In this document: positions 1 to 10,125 of the stretch, piece after piece
Layout: each line of letters opens with the position of its first letter
Position numbering within the stretch: position 1 is the stretch's first letter
Notes under the pieces: model-generated
What the model was told of the DNA's origin: nothing
Database searches by the model: none
The model's input: the letters and a program-made list of their open reading frames with translations, nothing else
Source: Candidatus Latescibacterota bacterium
GTDB taxonomy: Bacteria; Latescibacterota; UBA2968; UBA8231
Length of the DNA stretch: 64,000 nt
Direction: 5' to 3'
Assembly: GCA_964291625.2 (NCBI GenBank)
Contig: OZ220089.1
Coordinates: forward strand, 4,224,001 to 4,288,000
Position numbers and translations under genes: made by a program

Positions 1-640
1 CTCTCTCGTCGGCCCCACGGGCGTGTTCAACCTGTCCATGGCCTACATCTGGGCCAACCAGGGGGTGCGCTGCTTCGCCATGGCGACCTGCACGAACGCC
101 CTCAAGCTGATCGAGGACATGGACGCCCGCAGCCGGCGGCTGGTATTCCTGGCCCTCATCCTGGCCCTCGTGATCGGGACGCTGGGCTCGTTCTGGATGA
201 TCTTCCACGTCGCCTACCGCTACGGAGGGGTCAACCTCGATATCTGGTTCTTCAACCTGGGACCGGCCAAGGCCTACGACCACGCCGTGCGCAACCTGGA
301 GCCCGCCGGCGTCTACTGGCCGGGCATGGGCTTCCTCTTCGGCGGCGGCGGCATCATGGCCCTGCTCTACCTGGCCCGCCAGCGCCTGCCGTGGTGGCCC
401 CTGCACCCGATCGGCTTCCCCATCGCCGCCGTGAACCTGATGTACTACACGATCACCAGCGTCTTCGTCGCCTGGCTCATCAAGGTCATCGTTCTGCGTT
501 ACGGAGGCGTCAACCTCTACCGCCGCACCCAGGGGGTGTTCCTGGGCATGATCGCCGGCCAGATGCTGACCATGGGTCTCTGGCTCATCGTCGACTACTT
601 CACGGGGAAAACCAACAACTGGTTGTTCGGCTGGGTGTGA
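1..640 (+). CDS. DUF6784/DUF6785-like polytopic membrane protein, C-terminal part (starts before window)
   Basis: Hydrophobic ORF open from the window edge; WWPLHPIGFP motif typical of this family; close paralogue of the C-terminus of 12824..14968. Confidence 0.75.
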   Translation, partial: SLVGPTGVFNLSMAYIWANQGVRCFAMATCTNALKLIEDMDARSRRLVFLALILALVIGTLGSFWMIFHVAYRYGGVNLDIWFFNLGPAKAYDHAVRNLEPAGVYWPGMGFLFGGGGIMALLYLARQRLPWWPLHPIGFPIAAVNLMYYTITSVFVAWLIKVIVLRYGGVNLYRRTQGVFLGMIAGQMLTMGLWLIVDYFTGKTNNWLFGWV

Positions 641-682
641 GGGCCGCGGCCGGCCTGGGCAGCCAATCCGGGGAGATCGCCC

Positions 683-1405
683 ATGTACCTCAAGCACATG
701 CGCCCTTACCAGCTGAAGGCGGCGGTGGCCGCCGACCAGCCGCTGCTGGTGCCCGCCGGCTGTATCGAGACCCACGGTCCGCACATGGCCATCGGCCATG
801 ACACCATCATCGTCGAGGAGATCTGCGCCCGCATCGCCGAGCGCGTCGACGTGGTCATCGCGCCTTCCTTCGACTACGGGCCCACGGGGTACGCCCTGGG
901 CGGGCCGGCGGAAGGCACCATCGACCCCGACTACGAAGGCTTCCACCGCCTCGTCAAGTCCGTGTTGCGCAACTTCCTCGAGATGGGGTTCAAGCGAGTC
1001 GTCGTCATCATCATGCACCAGGGAATGGCGGGGCCCCTGGCCCAGTCGTTCTCGAAGGCCGCCTCGGAGCTTTCCGGGGAGCGGGTGCTCGAACGGTACC
1101 CGCGCGGCTGGTGGGCGGACCCGGCGCTGCGCGACAGGTGGGGTGACTTCGGGAGCGTCCAGGTCGAGCCGATGATCCTGCCGGAGGCGTCGCCCCCGGC
1201 CGGCGGCGACCACGCCGGCTACAACGAGACGTCCTTCCTCATCGCCACCCGTCCCGAGCTCGTCGAGCAGGACCGTCTCGACGGCGATGCGCCCTGGTAC
1301 TGCGGCGTCGAGGGCGAGGAGCGGACGAGCTGGAGCGCCAACGTCGAGCACGGACAGGCCATGGTCGACGCCGTCGTCGACTCCTGGGTGGCCCGGCTCG
1401 GCTAG
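683..1405 (+). CDS. creatininase / creatinine amidohydrolase family protein
   Basis: Motifs PAGCIETHGPHMAIGHD, GDHAGYNETS, RPELV; GGGAGA RBS upstream. Confidence 0.85.
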   Translation: MYLKHMRPYQLKAAVAADQPLLVPAGCIETHGPHMAIGHDTIIVEEICARIAERVDVVIAPSFDYGPTGYALGGPAEGTIDPDYEGFHRLVKSVLRNFLEMGFKRVVVIIMHQGMAGPLAQSFSKAASELSGERVLERYPRGWWADPALRDRWGDFGSVQVEPMILPEASPPAGGDHAGYNETSFLIATRPELVEQDRLDGDAPWYCGVEGEERTSWSANVEHGQAMVDAVVDSWVARLG

Positions 1406-1456
1406 AGCGCGCCGGCGAGCCGGCCGGGGGGCCGCTGTTCCGCGGGACTACGCGAA

Positions 1457-3160
1457 TCACCTCTTCGCGGTGCGACGGAGACGGACGATCCGATCGACCC
1501 GGAAGGGGCCGTAGGATTCCTGGTGGCCGTCCGGCCAGGTTACGCGCACCTCGCGGACCTCGTCCTGACGGCCCAGCCCGAAGTGGACACGAGGATCGTT
1601 GGCGGCGCAGTAACTGGAGGCGACCCGCACCGATCTCGTCACCCTGCGGTCGCCGAGGGGTACCGTCACGCGGGCATGGTGGGCGATCCCTCCATCGGCG
1701 TCTTCCACGCGGAACATGATCCAGTGTTGCCGCGGCGCGATGTTGTGGAGCACCCAGGGCCGGTGATCGCGGTTGACGATCACGACATCCAGGCCGCCGT
1801 CGTTGTCGAGGTCGCCAAAGGCCGCCGCCCGACTGGTTGCGACCAGGGACGCCACCGTCCCGCCCGGCGGCCCGAAGGGCTCGAAGCGGCCGGAAGGCCC
1901 GCCCGCGAGAAGCAGGTCGGCTTCGGCGTAGGGATCGGCCTGCTCCGCCCGCCCCGTCTTCGGCCGGGTGACGCGGCCGTTCGCTTCGAAGAGATCCAAC
2001 CAGCCATCGTTGTCGAAGTCGTAGAGACCGACGCCGAACCGGGTCGCCTTGCGTGTGATCACCCCCAGGCCGACCCGCGGGGTGTCGTCCATGAACCAGT
2101 CACCTTCGTTGCGGTAGAAGGAGTCGGACTGGGTTTCGAGATTCACCACGAGCAAGTCGGAATCGCCGTCGTCATCGATATCCGCCGCGGTGACGCCCAT
2201 GCCCGCCTTGGCCGTCCCGCTGGCGTCGATGGCCGCACCGGACTCCACGGCAACGTCCCTGAAGGTGCCGTCGCCGTTGTTGCGCCAGAGCTGGTTGGGC
2301 AGTTGATCATTGGCGACGAAGATGTCGATCGATCCGTCGTTGTCGTAATCGTCACAGACCACCCCGAGGCCATTCCCGAAAGCGGTGCGCATCCCCGCCC
2401 TCGCGGAGATGTCGAGGAATCGCCCGTCCGCCTGGTTCTCGAAGAGCACGTCGGCCGCGGGCGCCTGATAGCTGTTGGGACTGCAGTAGTCCGGCAGGCC
2501 GCTCTCCCTGCACCGCAGTTCGTCCTCGGGCGACCAGACGATGTAGTTGGCCACGTAGAGATCGAGATCGCCGTCGCGGTCGGTATCGACGAAGGCGCAG
2601 CTCGTCCCCCACCCGTCGTGAGCGACATGGGCGCGGCGGCTGACATCCTCGAAGGCGAGGCCGCCGCGATTGCGCAGGAGAGCGTTGGCCCCAACATTCG
2701 TGACGTAGAGATCGGTGAGACCGTCACTGTCGTAGTCGCCGGTGGTCACCCCCATTCCATATCCGCGGTCGCCGGCGCCGCTGCCTTCCGTCACGTCCTC
2801 GAACTCGCCGGCCCCGTCGCTTCGATACAGTCGATTGCCCGGCTGGTCCGGATCGCCGCCGCCGATCCGGCCACTCTGCACGAGATAGATGTCGAGGTAC
2901 CCATCGTTCTCGAGGTCGAGGAGCGCCGCCCCGCCTCCCATGATCTCGGGGAAATACATCTCATCGGAGGCGCCGCTCACATGCGTGAACGACACCCCCC
3001 GCTCCTCGGCAACCTCCCGGAACCACGCATCCCCGGCGGACTCCACGGATCGATCCGCCCCAGGCGTTCGGGTCGAGCCGTCACATCCTGCCCAAAGGAA
3101 GGGCAGCACGAGTACGTACCGGAGGGAGCGCCGCGACAGTACTCGGCGCGAGTCAGTCAT
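1457..3160 (-). CDS. CRTAC1-like FG-GAP beta-propeller with C-terminal ASPIC/UnbV domain, probable lipoprotein
   Basis: Repeated DxDxDGxxDxxV motifs, C-terminal NDPRVHFGLG...VTWPDG, N-terminal LWAGC lipobox-like sequence. Confidence 0.85.
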   Translation of the reverse strand: MTDSRRVLSRRSLRYVLVLPFLWAGCDGSTRTPGADRSVESAGDAWFREVAEERGVSFTHVSGASDEMYFPEIMGGGAALLDLENDGYLDIYLVQSGRIGGGDPDQPGNRLYRSDGAGEFEDVTEGSGAGDRGYGMGVTTGDYDSDGLTDLYVTNVGANALLRNRGGLAFEDVSRRAHVAHDGWGTSCAFVDTDRDGDLDLYVANYIVWSPEDELRCRESGLPDYCSPNSYQAPAADVLFENQADGRFLDISARAGMRTAFGNGLGVVCDDYDNDGSIDIFVANDQLPNQLWRNNGDGTFRDVAVESGAAIDASGTAKAGMGVTAADIDDDGDSDLLVVNLETQSDSFYRNEGDWFMDDTPRVGLGVITRKATRFGVGLYDFDNDGWLDLFEANGRVTRPKTGRAEQADPYAEADLLLAGGPSGRFEPFGPPGGTVASLVATSRAAAFGDLDNDGGLDVVIVNRDHRPWVLHNIAPRQHWIMFRVEDADGGIAHHARVTVPLGDRRVTRSVRVASSYCAANDPRVHFGLGRQDEVREVRVTWPDGHQESYGPFRVDRIVRLRRTAKR

Positions 3161-4592
3161 TCCCGTTCCCGCTCATCTCGATACGCAGTGCCTGGAGCCG
3201 CTCGGCGGCATGCTCCCAGAGCCTGGCATGGTCATGGCGCAGATGGCGCCCTTCCTCCAGGAGTGCGACGGCTCCCTTCACGTCCCTTCGGTCCATGGCG
3301 ATCATCGCCAGTCCGATGCGCGGGGATCCGGCTTGCCGATCCAGCTCGCACACCCGGCGGAACAGCTCTTCCGCCTCGTCCGTGCGCCCCTGCTGGTAGA
3401 GCAGGAACCCGGCCTGGGTGAGAACCGAGGAGTCCCGGCCGTCCACTTCATGGGCGTGCAGGAAGGCCTCGATGGCCTCGTCGAACCGGCGCATGGCCTG
3501 GCAGGCTCGTCCCACGAGGGCCCAGGCATCCCCGGACTGCGGCCGGGCCCGTGTTGCGGCCAGGGCATGCCCGTAGGCGGAACGCAGGGCCTCCGGGTCG
3601 GCGCGACGTTCGGCGAGCAGCATGTCGGCGCGATTCAGGTTCGTCCAGTAGTCGTCCGGAGCGAGCCGGTACGCTTCGTCGAGGGCCGCGGCGGACTCCC
3701 GGGTCCGCCCCTGGTTCCGGTAACAGGTGGCCAGGGCAATCAGGATCCGCGTGTTCCCGGGTTCGGCGCGGCGAGCGCGTTCGAGCAGACTCACCGCCTG
3801 CGCGTACTCTCCCCGACTCATATGACTGCGGGCGGCCCTCCTGAGCAGCCTCACACCCGTCTGATGGGCCGTGACCGCATCGTTCCAGGGGTCCCGCCAC
3901 TGCGGTCGAACCTCGCCTCCCGGCCCGGCCTCGGGAACGCTCACCTCCTCTCCCCGTTGTCGGCGGATGTTCAGGTCGAGGTGCCTCGCGTAGCCGGGAT
4001 TCGAACCGTTGAGCAGATCGTGCTCGACAAGCAGCCGCGAGGCCCGCTCGGGCTCGCGCGCGCGCATCGCATGAAGCACCATTCCGAAGAGCGCCGCCTC
4101 GTTGCGCTCTCTTTCGACTACCTCGCGGAAGTGGGCCGCAGCTTCATCCATCCTTCCGTCATCGAGGAGCCAGAGGCCGAGCTGGGCGCGGGCCGGCTGG
4201 TAGGAGGGATCGAGTTCGACGACCTCTTGGGCGGACTCGATCGCTGCCTGGAGGTCTCCACTGCGTTCCTCTACCTGGGCGATCCGGTACCGGACCCGGG
4301 CATCGCGGGGGCGGGCCTCCGCCACCTCGGCGTAGCATGCCATGGCGAGGCCGAGCATGCCGTTGGCCTCGTACACCATGCCGAGTGTCATTCGGCGGCT
4401 CTCGTCGCCTCGCTGGCGGCGAGCGGACTCGAGGGCCTCCCGGACGGCTTCGGCGACGATGGGGTCCATCCGGTCGAGACCGGACGGCTCGGGCAGCGGC
4501 GGCCCCACGAACCGGTCGAAGGCCCACCACGCGGCGACCACCGCGATCAGCAGGGCCGCAAACCCGCTGGTTCGGCGCAGCGTTACCCGCAT
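3153..4592 (-). CDS. TPR-repeat protein with N-terminal membrane anchor
   Basis: Start placed at ATG 4592 (MRVTLRRTSGFAALLIAVV); many TPR-like helices; overlaps the start of the downstream CRTAC1-like gene. Confidence 0.75.
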   Translation of the reverse strand: MRVTLRRTSGFAALLIAVVAAWWAFDRFVGPPLPEPSGLDRMDPIVAEAVREALESARRQRGDESRRMTLGMVYEANGMLGLAMACYAEVAEARPRDARVRYRIAQVEERSGDLQAAIESAQEVVELDPSYQPARAQLGLWLLDDGRMDEAAAHFREVVERERNEAALFGMVLHAMRAREPERASRLLVEHDLLNGSNPGYARHLDLNIRRQRGEEVSVPEAGPGGEVRPQWRDPWNDAVTAHQTGVRLLRRAARSHMSRGEYAQAVSLLERARRAEPGNTRILIALATCYRNQGRTRESAAALDEAYRLAPDDYWTNLNRADMLLAERRADPEALRSAYGHALAATRARPQSGDAWALVGRACQAMRRFDEAIEAFLHAHEVDGRDSSVLTQAGFLLYQQGRTDEAEELFRRVCELDRQAGSPRIGLAMIAMDRRDVKGAVALLEEGRHLRHDHARLWEHAAERLQALRIEMSGNGND

Positions 4593-4925
4593 CGGAATCC
4601 CGGCACCTCTTCGGGGAAGTGACTCGCGGCCAATCGACCGCTCTGCCTGACGATGGGTCGGCAGGGTCTTTCGGCACAAACGAACACCACCGGACCAAGG
4701 TCCGGACAGAAGGATAAGGATACGGGGTGCAGGCGTTGCCCGGCGCCCCGAAGCTGCCCGTAACCCTTTATCTTTGACCGGCTGCTGACAATGCCGCTCT
4801 TCGTTCGCCGCAAAGCGGCCCCACCTGCGAGAGGACGGGCGATACTCACACGTTCGAGTCGGGCCACTGCAACGCGGGGCTCTCCGCATTCCCGTGAAGG
4901 CCCGGTCTCCCGACGGGAGCCGACC

Positions 4926-5351
4926 ATGCCGACCATGCCGACCCGCGCGACCCGTCCCGGTTGCAGGACCTTCCGGACCACCGCCGTCGCGGCAGCTCTC
5001 GCCGCCATCGCATCCGGCTGCAGCGACGGAGGATCGGGGGCGTACGGCGAGCCGGTGGACGAGGCCACTGCCATCCCCCTGAAGGACCTGATGGCGGATT
5101 TGCGCGCCAATCGCGAGGAGCCCATCACCGTCTCGGGCACCATCGGCACGGTCTGCCGGTCGGCCGGCTGCTGGTTCACCCTGCGCGATCTCACGGGGGA
5201 GGAGCCGGTGGAGATCTATGTGGACCTGAAGGGCGGAGCGGCCTTCACCGTACCGGCGGCCATCGAGGGGAAGAGGGCCGTCCTCGTGGGCCGGCTCGTG
5301 GGCGACCAGCCGGACCTCGCCATCCACGCCGTGGGACTCGTGGTGAAGTAG
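4926..5351 (+). CDS. DUF4920-like OB-fold lipoprotein
   Basis: Signal/lipobox IASGC and the motif GTIGTVCRSAGCWFTL; start chosen at ATG 4926 (4935 possible). Confidence 0.6.
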   Translation: MPTMPTRATRPGCRTFRTTAVAAALAAIASGCSDGGSGAYGEPVDEATAIPLKDLMADLRANREEPITVSGTIGTVCRSAGCWFTLRDLTGEEPVEIYVDLKGGAAFTVPAAIEGKRAVLVGRLVGDQPDLAIHAVGLVVK

Positions 5352-5361
5352 GGGAACGACC

Positions 5362-6549
5362 ATGGGTTCCGCCCGACGGTTGCGGATGATCGCCTCCTGG
5401 GCCTGCCAGAGCCTGGCCTTTCACAAGACCCGGACCCTCCTCACCATCGCCGCCGTGGGGCTCGCCACCGCGCTGGTGGCCAGCATCCTCGGCTTCCAGG
5501 CCGGCTACCGGGAATCCCTCGATCACAACATCGACTCCATGGGGTACCAGATTCTCGTGACGGGGAAGGGATGCCCTCACGAGGCGGCGACCCTGATCCT
5601 GCGCGGGGGGTCCATCCCGATGTACCTCCGCGAGGAGGTGTTCCGCCATATCGTGGAGCAGCCCGAGGTGAAGGACGCGACGCGCTTCTTCATGCAGGCC
5701 GTTCCCGATCGCGGCGGCGGCTCCCACCAGCTCCATGTCGGAATCGACGAGAGCTTTCTGGCGCTGAAACCGGGCGTCGGGTTCCAGCGGGGGGAGTGGT
5801 TCAGCGGCGCCCTGGCCGACGAGGCGATCCTCGGATTCAACGTGGCCGAGTACCGCCGCCTCGGAATCGGGGATACGATCGGGGTGAAGGGCCGGACCTT
5901 CAGCGTCCGGGGAATCCTCGACAGGCTCGGGACCCAGGACGATGGAACGGTCTTCCTGCCCCTCGAGGTGAGCCAGGACCTGTTCGAGCGGCGGGACCGC
6001 CTCACCGGGATCGGGATCCGCCTGCACGACATGAGCGATGCCGGCCCCTTCATCGATCGCCTCTACGACACTCCGTCGCTGCAGGTGGTGCGCATGTCCC
6101 AGGTGCAGGGGACGATCCTCAACATCCTGAGAGGGGTGCGGGCCCTGCTGCTGGCCTTCGGGGCGGTCTGCCTCGTCGCCGCCCTCATGGGGGTGTTCAG
6201 CGTCGCCCTGATCACGGTGAACGAGCGGATTGCGGAGATGGGGGTGCTGCGGGCCCTGGGATGCCCGGGCTGGACCCTCTTCCAGCTCGTCTGGGCCGAG
6301 TCCCTGCTGCTCAGCCTGGCCGGCGTGATCGTCGGCGGAGGGCTCACCCTGGCGCTGCGGGGGGCCGCCGAGTGGGTCGTGCGCTCCACCCTCACCTTCG
6401 TTCCGGCGGGACCGGTGGTGGCGGTGACCCCGGAGAGTGTTCTCGGCAGCGCCGCCGCCATCGTGGGGCTCTGCCTTCTCGCGGGAGTCTATCCGGCCCT
6501 CAAGTCATCGCTCGTTCCTCCCCTGACTTCAATCCGGGGGGCGGGGTGA
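5362..6549 (+). CDS. ABC transporter permease, MacB/FtsX (LolC/E-like) family
   Basis: RTLLTIAAV, large extracytoplasmic loop, ERIAEMGVLRALG, YPALKSS C-terminus. Confidence 0.9.
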   Translation: MGSARRLRMIASWACQSLAFHKTRTLLTIAAVGLATALVASILGFQAGYRESLDHNIDSMGYQILVTGKGCPHEAATLILRGGSIPMYLREEVFRHIVEQPEVKDATRFFMQAVPDRGGGSHQLHVGIDESFLALKPGVGFQRGEWFSGALADEAILGFNVAEYRRLGIGDTIGVKGRTFSVRGILDRLGTQDDGTVFLPLEVSQDLFERRDRLTGIGIRLHDMSDAGPFIDRLYDTPSLQVVRMSQVQGTILNILRGVRALLLAFGAVCLVAALMGVFSVALITVNERIAEMGVLRALGCPGWTLFQLVWAESLLLSLAGVIVGGGLTLALRGAAEWVVRSTLTFVPAGPVVAVTPESVLGSAAAIVGLCLLAGVYPALKSSLVPPLTSIRGAG

Positions 6550-7226
6550 CGGCCCTCCTGGGGGCGAGCGGGGTCTGGAAGGAGTTTCCCCAGCCGGGAA
6601 CCTGCGTGACCGCCCTCGCCGACGTGACCCTGTCCATCGAGCGGGGCGAGTTCGTCGTGGTGACCGGGGAGTCCGGGTCGGGGAAGTCGACCCTGCTGTC
6701 GCTGCTGGCGGGAATGGACCGGCCTACGCGCGGGGCCGTGAGGTTCGACGACGAGGCCCTCGAGTCGGCGGCCCCGGGACGGCTCGCCCGGATCCGCCGG
6801 GAGCGCATGGGGTTCGTCTTCCAGGACTTCCGGCTCGTGCGCCATCTCACGGTGCAGGGAAACGTCCGGCTGCCGCTGTTGTTCGGCCATGGCGGCGGGG
6901 ACGCGGACGAGGTGAGGCGCCTGCTCGAGCGGGTGAACATCGCCCACCGGACGCGCCACCGGCCGGACGCCCTGTCCCGCGGGGAGATGCAGCGCGCGGC
7001 CCTGGCGCGGGCCCTGGCGAACCGGCCGGACGTGCTCTTCGCCGACGAGCCCACGGCAAACCTGGACCGGGGCAACGCCGGGATCCTCTGGAAGCTGATC
7101 GGGAACCTCCACCGCGCCGAGGGGTTGACGGTGGTGGCGGCCGCCCACGACGTCGAGATGACCCCGGAGGCGAGACGGATCGTCCGGCTCGACGATGGCA
7201 GGGTCGCTTCGGATGGGCATGGGTAG
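6546..7226 (+). CDS. ABC transporter ATP-binding protein (LolD/MacB-like)
   Basis: GESGSGKSTLL Walker A, LSRGEMQR signature, ADEPT Walker B; GTGA overlap with the permease stop. Confidence 0.9.
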   Translation: MTALLGASGVWKEFPQPGTCVTALADVTLSIERGEFVVVTGESGSGKSTLLSLLAGMDRPTRGAVRFDDEALESAAPGRLARIRRERMGFVFQDFRLVRHLTVQGNVRLPLLFGHGGGDADEVRRLLERVNIAHRTRHRPDALSRGEMQRAALARALANRPDVLFADEPTANLDRGNAGILWKLIGNLHRAEGLTVVAAAHDVEMTPEARRIVRLDDGRVASDGHG

Positions 7227-9906
7227 GACGATCCTCCGTCGGGCCCCGTGGACCGCCCTCGTGGCAGCCGCCGCCCTCGTTCCCGCCTGCAGCGGGGGAG
7301 GCGGCGAAGCGGAGCCGGGAATGGAGCCGCAATCGAACGCCGGCATGGAGTTCAGCCGGCGTCTGCGCCTGGGAATCGAGCAGCTCCGCCGAGACCTTCC
7401 GGAATCCGCCCGCGCCGAGTTCGAGGCGTGCGCGCGGCTGCGGCCCGATGATCCGGAGCTCCTCTTTCAGCGGGCCCGGCTGGCCATCGCCACGTCGGCG
7501 AGTCCGGCCGACATGGAGGCGGCGATCGGGCTCCTGCAGAGGGTGCTCGCTCTTCGGCCGCACAGCGTGAAGGCCCATCGCCTGCTGTACGAGCTCGAAA
7601 CGCGCCGCCGCAACGAGGCGGCCGCCGGCGCCCACCGGGACGCGGTCCTGGCGGCGTACGGCCAGATGGGCGAGATGGAGATCGCCTCTTTCGCGCGCTA
7701 CTACGAAGGCGGAAGCGGACCGGCTCTCCGGCTCGTGGAGGTGAGGGAGGGGGCGAGGAACGCCGACGACCTGCGCCGGTTCCGCGAAGCGGTGCGGGGA
7801 CTCTACAGAGAAGGGCACTACGCCCCGAGCGAGGCGGTCCCGGTGATCGAGGAGATCCTGGCCAGGTACCCCGATCTCGCGGCGGTGCGCCTCTACTACG
7901 CGAAGATGCTCGTCCTCGGGCAGATCCGGGTGAACTACAGCAACCGTCCCGGGCTGCGGCCCATGGCGTCGGCCCTCATCTTCGATATCGCCCAGAGCGA
8001 GCTCGAGAAGGTGTACGACCAGATCCACCCCGGATCGCCCATGGCGCGGGACACCATCCACATGCTGAGCCGCGTGGCGATGCTCATGGCCGACTACGAC
8101 GAGTCGATCGCGCTGGCCGACCTGCTCCTGGGGGATCCGCGTGTCGGGGGGGACTTCCGGCGGTTTCAGATCGGCCGCAAGGGACTGGCGCGTCTCAAGC
8201 AGGAGCGGTATGCCGAGGCCGTCGAGCTCCTCGAGGAATCCCTCGCCGGAGCGAGCGGGAACCTCCGGCGGGAACTGACGAATCTCTGGCTCCTCCACCT
8301 GGCTCACGAGGGGCTGGGGACCCCGCCCGACGAGCGGCCGGCGGCGTTTCGATTCCGCGGGGACCTGGCCCTTCCGGGGGATCCAACCCCCCTTCGGTTC
8401 GAGGACGCGGCGGCGGCGTACGGCATCGACAAGTACGACGGCCTGGGGCCGAGCGCCTGGGGCGACTACGATCGGGACGGCGACTACGATCTGTTCGTCA
8501 CCGGCAGCGACAGCTACGGGGCCCTGTACCGGAACGACGGCGAGAGCTTCACCGACGTCTCCCGGGAGGCGAACCTGTTTCGGGTGCAGTCCGGCTTCAG
8601 CGCCACCTGGTCGGACTACGACAACGACGGCTGGATCGATCTGCACGTCGGCCGCGACGGGTGGCACGGCCCCATGGCGAACTCGCTCTTCGCGAACAAC
8701 GGGGATGGGACCTTCACCGAGACGACGGACGTCGCCGGACTGGGGGACCCGGGCTCGACCTTCGTGTGCCAGTGGTCGGACTACGACAGGGACGGCGACG
8801 TCGACCTCTACATCGCCAACGGTATCACCGGGGGCGGCGACACGAACACCCTGTACCGGAACAACTCCGACGGCACCTTCACCGACGTGACCGCGGCGGC
8901 GGGGCTCCGCGAAGCCCGCGGGACCCGGACGATCGGGAACTGCTGGGGCGACTACGACGACGACGGCTGGCCCGACCTCTTCGTGAGCGGCTACGAGACG
9001 GCGAACCGGCTCTACCGGAACAACGGCAACGGCACCTTCACGAACCGGGCCGCCGAGGCCGGCCTCCTCGACGACGAGCTTCTCACGACCGGCTACACCT
9101 GCTTCTTCTTCGACTACGACAACGATCTCGATCTCGACATCCTGCGCCCGTCGCTGGCCCCGTGGGACGACGTGCTGCTGGGACTCTCGGACCGCTACGA
9201 CGATCTGCCGGCGGAGAAGAAGCAGGAGATGCTCCGCCACTGCACGAGGCTCTACCGGAACAACGGAGACGGGACGTTCACCAATGTGTCGGTGGAGGCC
9301 GGGTTCATCCACCCGAACGGCGCCATGGGGACGGGCGTGGCCGATCTGGACAATGACGGGTACCTCGACATCTACTTCGGAACGGGTGATCCGGCCATCG
9401 AGCGGATGGAGCCGGACCGCCTCTACCGGAACAACGGAAACGGGACGTTCACCGACCTCACCTTCGCGGCCGGAGTCGCCAACGTGGGCAAGGGGCACGG
9501 CGAGACCTTCGTCGACATCGATCTCGACGGGGATCTCGAGATCTACGCCCCCGAGGGGGGGTTCGTCCACGGAGACCAGTTCCCGAACGCCTTCTACCTG
9601 AACCTCCAGGAGTCGGGCAACCACTGGATCCACATCGACATCGAGGGCACGAAGAGCAGCCGGGACGCCCTCGACACCCGGATCCTCGTCACCGCGGGGG
9701 GACGGACCCTCCTGCGCGAGAAGCACAACGGGGAGGGATTCGGCAGCTCCAACTCGCCGCCGGTCGAGTTCGGCCTCGGCAGGGCTGCGAAGATCGACAG
9801 GATCGAGATCCGCTGGCCCGGGAGCGATCCCGAGATCTTCACGGACATTCCCGTCGATCGCAGGATCTTCATCCGCGAAGGGGAAGGCGAGTGGACCGAG
9901 ATCTGA
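7213..9906 (+). CDS. lipoprotein with N-terminal TPR region, FG-GAP repeats and ASPIC/UnbV domain
   Basis: LVPAC lipobox-like sequence, TPR helices, repeated DYDNDG..D / LYRNNGDGTF, C-terminal VEFGLG..IRWP; start 7213 or 7219. Confidence 0.85.
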   Translation: MGMGRTILRRAPWTALVAAAALVPACSGGGGEAEPGMEPQSNAGMEFSRRLRLGIEQLRRDLPESARAEFEACARLRPDDPELLFQRARLAIATSASPADMEAAIGLLQRVLALRPHSVKAHRLLYELETRRRNEAAAGAHRDAVLAAYGQMGEMEIASFARYYEGGSGPALRLVEVREGARNADDLRRFREAVRGLYREGHYAPSEAVPVIEEILARYPDLAAVRLYYAKMLVLGQIRVNYSNRPGLRPMASALIFDIAQSELEKVYDQIHPGSPMARDTIHMLSRVAMLMADYDESIALADLLLGDPRVGGDFRRFQIGRKGLARLKQERYAEAVELLEESLAGASGNLRRELTNLWLLHLAHEGLGTPPDERPAAFRFRGDLALPGDPTPLRFEDAAAAYGIDKYDGLGPSAWGDYDRDGDYDLFVTGSDSYGALYRNDGESFTDVSREANLFRVQSGFSATWSDYDNDGWIDLHVGRDGWHGPMANSLFANNGDGTFTETTDVAGLGDPGSTFVCQWSDYDRDGDVDLYIANGITGGGDTNTLYRNNSDGTFTDVTAAAGLREARGTRTIGNCWGDYDDDGWPDLFVSGYETANRLYRNNGNGTFTNRAAEAGLLDDELLTTGYTCFFFDYDNDLDLDILRPSLAPWDDVLLGLSDRYDDLPAEKKQEMLRHCTRLYRNNGDGTFTNVSVEAGFIHPNGAMGTGVADLDNDGYLDIYFGTGDPAIERMEPDRLYRNNGNGTFTDLTFAAGVANVGKGHGETFVDIDLDGDLEIYAPEGGFVHGDQFPNAFYLNLQESGNHWIHIDIEGTKSSRDALDTRILVTAGGRTLLREKHNGEGFGSSNSPPVEFGLGRAAKIDRIEIRWPGSDPEIFTDIPVDRRIFIREGEGEWTEI

Positions 9907-9921
9907 GGGTCCCGGTCTCCC

Positions 9922-10125
9922 GCGTTCAGCCAGCCACCCCTGCTGCTGCCGGCCAGGCGGTTCCCGCCCCGCCTCGGCGCCTGTCCGGCACACCGGGTGA
10001 GCCAGGACCTGCAGCTGGACTTCGTGCCCTCTCCGCCAGGGGAGGTCTTCAGCGAGGGGACCAGCGGCGAGGCGGCGTCCTGGCGGCGGCTGGGGGATGA
10101 GGTCGAGTGGCTGACCAGGGGCTGA
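9922..10125 (+). pseudogene. possible C-terminal remnant of a large permease-type gene
   Basis: Open frame with no clear start (...RVSQDLQLDFVPSPPGEVFSEGTSGEAASWRRL...) whose stop overlaps the next gene start; the resemblance to FtsX-like permease C-termini is from memory. Confidence 0.3.

Noticed and set aside
4919-4945. Short tandem CCGACCATG repeat
   Set aside because: Two to three units at a gene start with no spacers; not an array.
4593-5363. Upstream extension of the TPR ORF to 736 aa
   Set aside because: Antisense to the DUF4920-like gene and crosses the divergent intergenic region; a better start with a TM anchor exists at 4592.
8455-9545. Recurrent TACCGGAACAACGG..GGCACCTTCAC units as a possible CRISPR array
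   Set aside because: They are coding FG-GAP blade repeats; no cas genes or constant repeat-spacer structure anywhere in the window.
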